64,000 bases of DNA from Botryllus schlosseri (taxonomy: Eukaryota), in assembly GCA_051294905.1 (NCBI GenBank), contig CM119378.1, forward strand, positions 15,190,001 to 15,254,000, in the 5' to 3' direction. The position numbers and the translations under genes were made by a program. Numbering within the stretch: the stretch's first letter is position 1; each line of letters begins with the position of its first letter. The notes under the pieces are model-generated. The model did no database searches, was not told the DNA's origin, and saw only the letters and a list, made by a program, of their open reading frames with translations. Positions 12,901-25,023 of this stretch are shown here, piece after piece.

Positions 12901-13340
12901 TAAATTGCCACATTATCAGCCTACTTATCGGGATAAGCTGGCGTTCACGGTAGCTTAGAATTACGCGGCGCAGAACATTTATATCGGGTTTCGCATGAAT
13001 ATGAATATGATAGACCACGCTCATGGCGATTGACAAGAGTAATCTCTGACCTGACTTTAACTAGATATACAATATACATACACATCCAGTGCGAGTCTCG
13101 AAAACGGATACTAGATAATGATGTACCCCGCTTTGTTTATTTACACGTACACGAGGTTTGGTTATTAGCGAATAATCGTTGCTATTTACAAGGCATTATC
13201 TTGATCTCATCCGGAACGACTTGATCGTTACTGCTGTCAAAGTCATCCAATTCTCGTGTGCATATGACTGAGCTCAGTGAGCTGGGATGCGAGTAGAATC
13301 ATGGAAAAAACGTAACTATTGCCTGCGTTCAGTCAAAGCC

Positions 13341-13384
13341 TATATAACTGACCAGGTGGCGTATTAGCGTACATGACGTCATGT
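13341..13384. promoter_or_regulatory. Candidate core promoter: TATATAA + E-box + perfect 14-bp CRE palindrome ACATGACGTCATGT
   Basis: TATATAA at 13341-13347, CAGGTG at 13353-13358, CRE palindrome at 13371-13384. On the minus strand the order is CRE, E-box, TATA, pointing towards 14-3-3. Confidence 0.4.
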
Positions 13385-16300
13385 GAGGTAGCAATCATCA
13401 TCCGGGATATTTTGAAGCTTTCAATTGTATTGCACTGCATTGACAAATGACGTGTTCGTGTGAGGGTGTATTTAAGATCAGGGGCAAGTACCGAAAATTC
13501 GAACGTAAATTAGATGGGGTCAATTCTTCCGTCAATGAAGTGGGGTTACATTTACAATATATAGTCAGGTAATCAATTCGGGACGTTAGAATATCCGACA
13601 TCCAAACTTTTAATACAAGTTTCCTGTTGGTACTTTACCCCTGTCCATTTGCACTAAGTATCGTAGGCCCCGGTTGCACACATACAATGAGCATGTCATT
13701 CACAGACTATACCCAATATACTGGAGTATCGCATAGATACTGGAGTGTCAACGATCTGTTGAACGTATCTGCGGGTCACTCGAAAGTCAGAACTGGCGCT
13801 ATCGAGAATGGAGGCGATAATTAATCCTCGCATAGACTTGTCAAGTGAGTTGATCTGCGTGATGCAGTCAAAATTACACGCTATATTATGTTGTGATCAG
13901 TATACATTCCCGTATAATTTTATGAACTTATAAGCATAACTTGTACAAGTCATTGTCACGCGCACGCGAATCGAATAGGAATGTTCACAATAGCCAAACA
14001 ATGTAAAATGAACAGCCCTGACTGCGACAATATAATCGCACTAATAGCCAGCCATCGACACTCACTCATTTCAGACATCTTTGCAGTCTTATCTCCGATG
14101 ATGCGAGAGCTGAAAGAAGGTCTCCAGAAGGGTCAAACGCAGCAATCAACCGGTAATGAAGTCCTTGCCAAAAACACTAGAGCGCTCTACCAAACTACAC
14201 CTACAGAAGACACACCAACATTAAAGCGTTCATCACGTCCAGATGCCTACGCGTGGATTGGCTGACTTGTGATGTATCAATAGCAAGCCTCTAGAACGGT
14301 ATTTCCGCTAAGGCACGCTAGAAATGCGTAACGACGGGTAAAGATAGCAATCACGACTCGGCAGCTGTTTTGCGCCGGTACAGAGTATATTATTGTCTCA
14401 TCTAACCAGTTTTCGACTGGGTCGAATTGCGGGGAACAAATCTAAGCTACTTTGTCTCGCTCAACAGGCATATCACGGAAATTACAAAAAATTCAATCCA
14501 TCCATACCGCTCTTGCGTAAAAAAACTAATCTAATGCGTCGCGCACATTCTCCGATGCCTATACATTACATCAAGATCTCAGGCGATCCTTTACTATGGG
14601 CTATTCTCACGAGCGACAAGAACTGAACACTTGACTTCTGTTTCGCATGATTGGGTTTAAAGCTTGTATTCCCCGCGGCATATCTTTTCTCTGGTATAGT
14701 TTTCGTTTTTGACTGATACGAATGATTTGCGCGTGCTCACACTAACACGTGATAAAACCCAGCCGTAAGCCCGTAATTCGCTCGTTGGCATCGACTATAA
14801 CCGGTGCATCATGTGCGTGTAACTCTGAAGCATTCATGAGTTCAAATCGTAAACAATCCTTCTGCTCAGTAACGTAATCCTAACAGTATTCCAGGATAGC
14901 GACGAATGACCAGTGATGTCACGAATCCAACAACGGCTGAAACAGCAGAACAACAGTGGAAACGGCAATCGATACCAACGCAGACATTACAGTCGTAATG
15001 AAAATTGCATCGCAATCAGATGATTTGAAGTCTTGCGTCGCGATGACTAATACTGCGTGACGAACGTTACCACCTACAACTACCACACTACATTGCACAG
15101 AACATATCGCTCGAATAAGAACTCTTTCAGGTAATATAAAAAACGATCTCATGTGTCGCAGTCTCAGTCATTCGTGCTCACTTCACTTCGTATCCAATAA
15201 TACACAAGTGCCTTAGTCGCTAGTCAGATCGCAATGACACGAATCGAATGAAGTCTATATAATTCTTCGTCATTCACGTATATCACCAACGAACCGGAGC
15301 AATTGTACATTATATACAAGTATTGCAAGAATGTATCACAGCGTCCTTAGCTAGAGCGCAAATTATAGATTTGGTAGAACATCACATTTATACGCAATTA
15401 ATTCATTGAAACAATTGGATGTTGAATTACGCGATTAACTGGAAGGCGTGGTATCGTCACTTGCTGTCGTCAAAGCAAAATGATTATTATTGTGGAATGT
15501 GTATTACATGAGCTGCCGTTCCTTACTTTGATGTAGCACTAGCACAGTTCGCTACGAATAATATTTGTTTCTGAAAATAAATGGAGAACGCTGACTTTTT
15601 ACTTGACCTCGTAAACACCTGATTTAAAAACACATAATTTGAGCCATGTAAGTTAAATACGAGTTTAAAGTCGTAATCATGATTATACTGGCTGAATTGT
15701 GTCTTGCTGAATAACTCTTCATTCCATGTCGCGTTCGAGCTGTCTGACTTCCGCAATAACGAAATGTGACGCACAAGCTTATGCATCTTCGTTCACAAAC
15801 AACTCAGTCAAGAATAAGCCTGCGTCTCATTCTTTTCCAACTCATGCGACGCGCTTCGTTTGGGTGTTGGCGAGGTGACGTCACACGATGTCCCGATTTT
15901 ATCTGAGGATCACGCTTCATTGATCAGAAACCGATATCGCTGATGGTATGCGAAGTTATGAATCGCCAGTGCAACCTAGCGGTCGGTCAGAGTCTTACTG
16001 ACAGCTCTTTTGATTGTCGAATGATACCAATAAGGAAATAGCGGCAGCCCAACAGCAACTCAATTTTGGTCGCAGGACGGATTCGAACCTTTAACTGCTA
16101 GTGGGTTGGATCAGTCAAACGATGCCAAATCGCTTTCGCTCTGCAGTTCGTTCCATTACCAAGCCTATCACCAGGTATCGGGTGACCCCGGCCCCGCATA
16201 CGCGTTGTGATGGAACAACACGATAATTTGCTGCAACAGAGGGTCCGTCGAATTCAATTCAATATTAACAACTTGGTTCGAAACTAGAAAATCACTATAT

Positions 16301-17134
16301 GGGATTCCATGGATACGACACGATTATGGTCATGATCAAAAAGAGTATAACTTCCGCAAAATCAAGTCACGAAACTAATGAAAGACGGACGCCATATTAA
16401 GACTGTCCCAAGTCGCTCGACACGGTTCTATCTTTTCATTATCGCATGGCCTTTGATCTGATATAAATTACAATACAATGATGGATTGAATAAATTATTT
16501 TACTGCAACTGATATGCTTATTGTGCTCATTTGATTGATAGAATCATCACGAATTAAAAATACTGGGCTCGGTATTTTCCTCACCTGCTGAATACTGGAC
16601 ACATTGTCCTTTCATCCCCATGTTTGTTCATTAGGATTTAGAAATATGTAAATCGGACATTTTGTATTTGAATGGTATTAAGCGAAGCGAATGCCGCCAT
16701 CTCAAAAGCTTTGGTGATCTAAACATACCAGATAACAGGAAACTAGACTTCTTCCAATTACCATTTAATCGCCACGAATCAGAACAGAACGAATCGCCGT
16801 ATCAAGTAGTACGGGCCACATCGTGGATCAATATTTCGCCGTCAAATCCACAAAAGCAAGCGAACATATTACAATTACACTCTCACATTACAGTGATATC
16901 TCCATACAATGAGCCAGTACTTGCACCCCTTTCAGCCCTACTACAACTCAGATGAAGAATCAAATGTCGATATCGATGTATTTGGCTTTTTACAAAATGT
17001 TTGGTCAATAAATCTTTGTAGAAAAACAGTGCCTATGGTATAACTCGAAAAAATACGCGAACATGCGTTTTAGCAAATCATAGATTTCTCTCTAAATGAA
17101 AACATTACAAGACATTTCATGAAACACACAAGGC

Positions 17135-20100
17135 CTAATAATCAAGGGCGCAGATCATGGCTACGCCTCGCTTGATCCAATGCTTCTGTGCCTTGTCAGT
17201 GGGAACTTCGACCGCGATCACGTAGTTGGTCGAGTGTCCGGTGGTCGAGAGAGTTCCGGCGCGGGTCAAGGTTTTGTAGATTGGACATACGTACATGCCA
17301 GTCTTCGGCTGGACTCTGAAATAATTGCAAAGCTTCGCTGTAATATCCACGTAATTCTCAACATGACCAGGCCAATGATGACCTCAAATAAGACACGACT
17401 CACCACCAAGGGAAACATACGCATCAACGTGTCAACAGTTGAGCATTTCCTCACCTATTTGCAACAGGCACAAGCCACATCACAGCCATGTCGGTGTAGA
17501 GCTCTTTTGGCTTGGATTCCGCTAGCATTTGAGTTTCCGGGTCCCACCGGCAACCCTCCAGGAACAGCCCAGTGATGTAGCAACCGTCAGCGGGACGAGA
17601 CTTGAGGTCGTCTTTTGTCTCCAGCATAACCTGCCACACGAGACGAGTGTCACCGAAAAGCGGAGCTCATCTACTAAATATTATCACATACCCGGAAATC
17701 AAATGACACGGTGTCGATGGAGACGATCTCTTTCCTGGCATAATTCTGAAGCGTTCCGGTCAAGAAAGCCTATAATAGGTCAAGAAAGCCAATAATATGC
17801 GCTCAATTATGACATTTCGTGGATTCGTTGTTATATTTATATCCTATTCCTTAAAAACATTTGGAATTTCCTCGCCCATATACGAGGTCGACTTCGACAC
17901 TGCCTTTATGGTCTTCATACAGCATTTCAGTAATCCATACTATTTTTTATTGAGCATTATCTGTGGATTTACATAATTAACCGTGGTGACCCATATCCTT
18001 TTATTATATTAGAAATGGCATGGCACCAAGTTATACTAGTTCGGCGAGGTATAGCCTACATAAAATTATGCATGTGTAGCCGCACATTAAAATCAAACTG
18101 CAGAAACTGAACATATTTTATGACTTGAAATTGACTCGAAATCGGGAAATTTAATTTCAGTTGAGTCACTTTAAAATTCCACCCGACCTTTCTTGTGACT
18201 TGACTCCATATATTTCAAAGTGACTCCAGTCAAAATTTGCAGTGACTTGAAATGACTTGGACCAAAAGGTAGAGACTTGCTCCAAACAGTGGCATATGTA
18301 ATCACCAACCTCACCGCTGCTCAGTAAGCTGGGCACAGTTACAGTAATTGTCATTAAATTATGACATTTTGCGGGTTCATGCACGGTGTTGTATAGGTAT
18401 TTGCGAATCGCAATGTTAGAGATTTCGGTTGAATTATAAACTAGGGTTACCATACGTCCTCTTTTTTGACATTTTTGAAAGCGTCCTCGGAGGACGCCCA
18501 AATGTCCTATTTTTTGAGAATTTGTCCTCTTTTTTGAAATTTTCGCTAAATGTATGTTCAAATCCAAATGAGATATAGGAAATTAGTACTGAAGTAACGC
18601 TCCGGCGGGTATTTCAGGAGTCGAGTCAGAAAGGTGACCTAGTTTTTTTTTAGTCAACTAATGGAGAATTCAATTAAAAGTGTATATTTGACCAGCTTTT
18701 CCGGATTTTACTCGGGTATTGTAAGTCTGAAAATTTTGAAAAAGTGCCCTCTTTTCAGATTTTCAAAATATGGTAACCCTATTATAAACTCATGTCAAGT
18801 GTAAAATCTTGAGAGCAGAGAGTGATGAGCTAGGCTGGGCACGACAATTCATGAAGTCAAATCCAAGTCGAGCATTGTTTATAATGATTGAGTGTCTGAT
18901 TTTCGTAACGAATTTACACGATCTTGACAATAACAGTTTTTTTAGAACATTAGTTGGCTGCAAAAAATCAATGAAGTAAAAGTGGAAGCAGTCTGAAAGC
19001 AAAACCAGTACCACTTGAATACTAATAAAAAGTAGAATTATGTCATTCTCAACTAGATCTATTTACTGCAGGCACACTCATACGTACTTGTGGGAAGAAA
19101 AACCCAGATATCCAAAACACAGTCGGCACCCCGTTGTCGATCCATCCCTGGATAAACTTCATCCTCTCGAGTAAATCCTCGATCCAGGACGCGAGGGGCT
19201 TCAGTGACGGGTAAGCCTTGCCGGCCCACATGTCCGGCACGGAATTGATGAACAGGCTGTTGAACATTTTTTCGAGGGATTCCGACATCACCACCAGACC
19301 TTTGATGGCTTTGAGCAAGTCGCGAGACGACTGAAGGATTGTGTTGAGCAATTTGTTGTATCTGAAGATTTACGCAGCGGTCAGAGCATAGGCGTAGAGA
19401 ACAGGGCTGGGAGAGCTGCAACTGAGTATCACGGGAAATCTTGACAAATGTGCCAGCAAATTTTCAAATACCGGCTACTTGTTTGAAGATACCGCTGTAA
19501 TGTGGGAAGGTCATGCAATTGCCTGACTCCAGTCCAGATTTTCTGATGACACGACTTGACTCGAGTCATTTTCTCAAAATACGGAAATGACTCGACTCGA
19601 GTCAATTTTTGTATTAACTCGACTTGGACTCGAGTCATTGCGTATGACTCGAACCAAGTCATATGACTCAAGACTTAGACGGCCAATACCGACATTTCAT
19701 TGTAATTTCGAAGAATAGTAAAGTAACCACACTATCGGGATTTCGTCTATTGGTATTGGTACCAGAAAATGCGACCAGAAACTGCTAAAAGTGAGAAAAA
19801 TTGATGTGTTATGAATTCAAAACATTCGATATCACCAAACATAGTAATAAAAAGTGGGTTTAACAAGATTTTAATTGGAAACTGAGCAGTCAACGCAATG
19901 ACTTGGACTCGGACTTGACTCGGTGGAGAATTGAAAACGACTCGACTTGACTCGAGTCAAAACTATAAAAGTGAGATTGACTTGTGACTCGGAGCCTTGT
20001 GACTTGGTTACAACCCTGTACTCGGTATATATAAAGATGGTCAAAGTAATCAGCGTTGTTACTTAAGAAGAAGTAGAAGTAGCCAATTCCAATAAATTTA

Positions 20101-23100
20101 AAAACTACTCCAAGTGGACGTAGAAAAAAAATTATAAAAAGTACTTAAGTAGCTTCAAGCAGTAGATTTGGCCGAGGGGTTGGATACTATCAGCAGTGAA
20201 TTTTTTGAAATTGTTGGGTGCATTTTCGTGACTGACACAAAATCACTACGTAACAGGGTTGCAACCAAGTCACAAGGTTCCCCGTCACAAGTCACTCACT
20301 CACTTTTATAGTTTTGACTCGAGTCAAGTTGAGTCATTTTCAATTCATCACCGGGTCAAGTCTGAGTCCAAGTCAGCCAGTAGAGGGGCGAGTCCGAGTC
20401 ATAGTGTTTTGACTCGAGTCCGAGTTCAAGTCATTATGTTCACTGTTCAGTTCAACCCACTTTCTCAACTTTACTCGAGTGATATATAACGGTTCACATT
20501 CATAATATAATAATTTTCCTCAGTCTTAACCGTTTCTGGCCCTATTTTAGAAGCATCACGACTGATAGACCAAATACCAATGATGTGGTAACTTTACTAT
20601 TCTTCCAAGTTACGATGAAATGTCTGTCTCGGCCGTTCTAGTCTCGAGTCATGCACAATGACTCGAGTACAAGTCGAGTCAATACAAAAATTGACTCGAG
20701 TCGAGTCATTTTACGCATTTGAAAAAATGACTCAAGTCAAGTCGAGTCATCAAAAAATCGTGACTCGAGTCGGACTGGAGTCGAGTCATGACTAGAGTTA
20801 TTAAAACCCTGCTTGCACCAGACTACTACTTGAGTACCAAGTACAAGTACTGGATTACTGAACAGCTCTGTGTAATAGCGCGAAAGCGACTCTGTCTAAT
20901 AGTAGACAATAGACGTGATTTGGGCGAATTGGATCAAGTTTTGGAAAAAAATTTCATTTGACTCCTATAATAATACCGTTATTTGCTAAACTCTCTTTAA
21001 ATGAAAGGGAATTTTCACCGATAGTTACGCTCGAACACAATACAGAGAAAGCACCATGCGTACCTGATCACTTCCTGAACCACGACGGTATTCATGGATT
21101 CTTCGTACATGACGGGATATTTTTTCATCACCATCTCGATATCAATAGGCTTGGGTACGCTTTCCAAAATTTTCTTAGCAATTATCTCCACGAGCTGAAT
21201 TAGGATGTACCGCGTTCGAGGATAATATGATGGCGTTTAGACAAACCGAATTCTCACTTCTTCACTAGACTGTCCTCCTCCACTCGAAGATTTCGGTTGC
21301 AGCATGAGCAAGGCGTTCAATGCGGAGAAGCTTTCGTTTTGCGCAAAGGTAATGTTGGCGTTGTCGTGCATTCCGAATATCTCCGGCGTGTCGTTGATCG
21401 GCAAGCTCCTTATGTATTGAATATATCCCTAGTGAAATATGAAATGCTTTTACGATAAGTATAAAGACTGCTTCGCGATAAATACTTTAGACTGTCAACC
21501 CATTTGAGAAAATAGCAATATCGATAAGAAAAACTTAGGTTAGCAAAATCACACAGAGTCATTAATAGTACTACATAGACATGGCAGCCACATCGTTGTA
21601 ACACTATATCAAAGTAACCACAGATTGTTTTATAAGCAACCATCATGTCACATACATATGCAATGGTATTTGTTGGTTATTTAAAGTAGCTCACGGACAA
21701 GCAAACTTAAGGAAATGATAGTCGTAGATGTCATGTATTCTTGTGAACACTATAGGGCAGGGGTTCTTATTGGTGGTATGTATATTAGTTTCACGGGTGC
21801 TTTTGTTACAAGGTCAATAAAACTTAGACTTAACGTATCATCCCTTATCAAGAATTGTCAGAAAAAGTAAGTATAAGTGATTGATATATTTCCTTCGCTT
21901 TTACTTTCATCTAGCACAGCGTTGAGCTACAAAAGTTACAGCGCTTTGTATGTGGGAAGGTGATTGCTGATAGAAGTATGATGGCCTCAAAGTTAAGAGA
22001 GTGTTTCGAAATGGTCCATCCCGACAAGTCATATGAAAATATTGCTCTCTTACGCGCGAAGAAAGCTATGGGCTATGAATCTTTATGATCCAAGATAATC
22101 ATGTGCCAGAGCACATCATTATCGAGAATGTTGTAACTGGAAGATATAGAAGACGTTACACAGGTGGTCAGCCAATACATATCTGACCGGAATCATGATT
22201 TTGAAGCCCACACTTACATTGTTATCGAGATCGGTGTCGATTTGCTTGTAGATTCCGCTTTCCGAATAGGTGTGGTCCGGTTTGAGAACGTTGAAGTCGT
22301 AGAAATCCGACAGAATGTTCATCATGCATCGCCGATCCCAATCGTCGGTAACGCGACCGCCGTAGTTGATGTGGCCGGCTGTGTACGTCAAAACCTGCCC
22401 GACGGCAAAGTTAACATTACAGTGTGAGAGCTTCAATTTCAGATTTCACGCAAGCACTAGTCCTTTCTTTACATAACGGCCAGAGGTGGTGGTCAGTAAC
22501 AAAGTACTTCCACTTTTTCCAAGTAATCGAGTAGGTTTTATGTTTTCAGTACTTACTTGAGTGGTCAAGTGTACAAATTAGTTGCACTTCTACTTAACTT
22601 TACACATTACACTTTGGATTTTGAAAGTACTTTATCAAAAATTGACTCGAGTCACTTTGGCAATTTGTGTGACACGACCATTGACTTGACAAAATTGACT
22701 TGACTCGAGTCGAAATCTGCAGTGACTTGAAATGACTTGTGACTGGAAGGTAGCGACTTTTTATTAATGCTGATAGACTTTTCCAAGGCTTTTCGACTCA
22801 TTTCGTACCTCCAACCACACCTCCAACGTACTAACTATCTGGTAGATTAAATAAAAGGATTTCACTCACCTTGAACGGTATCTCCGAATACTCATCCAGA
22901 AACATCTTCAACTGCGAAATGCAGATCCTCAAGTCACCGGTCGTGAACTGGTACGGGATGTTGAACCCTAGCGCTCCGAATTTTCGTCTCTCGAGCACGA
23001 CGCCGTGGAAGAGGCAAAGCGAGAGCAAGAGCGACTTGAACTCGCTGACCTGAAGACGGAAACAGTACTCGGTAACTCGTGTGAAAGAAAATTGGGGAAA

Positions 23101-25023
23101 TATCATTATCAGCTATGACCATGGTAAGAAAAAAGTAGTGAAGCTACATTCGCCGTTGACAACACAACTAATACTGCGAAGAATGTCAACAACAAAACTT
23201 TTAGGTCCTCCACAGAAACGTTATTGCCCACTTATCGGTTTCACAAATAAATCGTGCACCTACCCGCGAGCAAGAATTGAGAAAATCGTCGTTTTGCGAC
23301 ATGTACGCTCTCAGCAGATTGGCTTTGATACCCTTCGGCGGTTCGATGGTCATTTTGCTGCCGTTTTGCAGGATCGACACTGGAAACTGGTTGCTGGGCA
23401 TGGACGTCAGCCACAGTCGGAAATCTCGGTGAACCTGAGAATGCAAATGCGAAATTTAACAAGTCGGAATTTGAAGGAGTAGGATTTGAAATGGTCGGTT
23501 GGAACATTTTAAAAACGCGTTTCGATTATCTGATGCAAGGAGGTTAAATACTTTCATGTATGGGTTATATAAACTGTTGCTGTATAGGCGCTAGTAAATG
23601 AGCATAGTGTTGAATGTGACTTGAAATTAAGGAGTTCCACGATGATTGGATTTTCAATGTTTTAATTTTACTAATTTTAAGAACACAAAACTTGGAGCGA
23701 CAGGTGTTAATCAAGCGTGACTTTTATTATTTATGATTTTTAGACACTGGTGTCAGTGAGAATCTGTCGCGAAACAGTAACTGGACGGTGATATGATGTA
23801 GGCTGGTGTTATATGGAATGGTTATTTGAGATACGCAAAACAGAGAGATGGTAGATTGACAGCTCGAGTCTTTGGACGACAGTAACTTGACTACAAAGTA
23901 CAAAAACTCAATGTTTTATACGATGGTGCATGATTTTAGCGAGATCAAAACACGCTACCTTGTCGGGATCGATATTCTCGATCAACCTTTCCAGCGTGGG
24001 CATCCAACTCGGCGACAAGTGACAATTTTGGAAGAAGACCCATTTTCCACGATCCATCGCGCTGCGCATGAGTGCCTCGGCACGCGGACCCTGTGACAGA
24101 GTAAATATCGTTTAGGTGGGGTGCTGGCTTTTCTGGGGGTGCAAAAGTGGACTGCTGGGTGTGTTGCTTCAAAAACCAGTACGCGAGATATATATATGCA
24201 ATGAAGCATGGTCAAAAACAAAGTAATTATACATTTCCAAAGTATTCAGGCAGGATGTCTCAAGTTGCTGTATTTCCGTATGTGGGTCCATCTGTACGCT
24301 ACTACAACTACTACTAAGTATGCAGATGATAATTTCAAAACGGTGGATTTGGATGAGGGGGAGCATACGCAATGACTAATACGTTAATGACGCTACGAAT
24401 AAGTACAAATACTTGAAAATATACCAAGTTACGATGATGGAAGGGCTATTTCACGCGGTTCCAATGAAAATTTCACTCTTAAAAGCGATACAAACTTATC
24501 ACAAAACTCCTTTCTACTCTTCGAAACCCAAAACATTAAAAATAATTGATTTTGTCTACTAACTGTTCAGGTAGAAATGGATGTAGTTTAGAAACTTGAC
24601 CACTTGAGTAGGTAGTGCACTAGAGGCAGTGAAAATTTGCTTGAGTACTCCGAAATAGCGGAAGAACTTCTACACTGACTACCTCTGCATGGTAGCTATA
24701 TAACAGTGTTAAAATCTCACAAGCTATTGTTTTTTCGATGTCAGGATCAATTTACGATAACACATTTGACACATACCTAAAACAAGAACGGAAACACGAA
24801 CCTGCCCCTGCCCGAGCGATATCGCCGTAAGCTTCTTGGAGAATCTCATTTCTTCCGCGAATTTGTACAGGTCCGCCGCTGGATCGGTTCCGGATGAGAG
24901 CACAAAAATGAGCGGAGTTACCGGCGACGACTCTTTGAACACTTGACTGAGGTCGCTGGTTTGCGGCTCGATGAACCGCTGTCCGATGTACTTTGAGACG
25001 TAGTCTTGCATGGCATTTGTAAC
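17135..25023 (-). CDS. DNAH1: DNAH1 AAA6 + C-terminal domain; exons 24802-25023, 23959-24090, 23264-23434, 22870-23049, 22218-22394, 21258-21428, 21064-21194, 19088-19361, 17692-17769, 17455-17630, 17135-17315
   Basis: [61 protein letters not shown], terminal ICALDY*. Confidence 0.95.

Noticed and set aside
11297-13224. Several 55-95-codon open frames (e.g. 11625-11804, 11891-12172, 12937-13224)
   Set aside because: No recognisable domain and no consistent exon chain; a few frames of this length are expected by chance in 6 kb at this GC content
16067-16125. tRNA-like B-box on the minus strand (AGGTTCGAATCCGTCCTGCGACCA)
   Set aside because: The T-stem and acceptor stem do not pair with upstream sequence, there is no D or anticodon arm, and the CCA is 2 nt too close. 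At best it is a SINE or PBS relic, and no LTR was found.
19520-20811. Dense short GACTCGAGTC/CAAGT repeats that superficially resemble a CRISPR array
   Set aside because: There is no constant repeat-spacer periodicity, the context is eukaryotic, and the repeats are subterminal motifs of TIR-bounded MITEs
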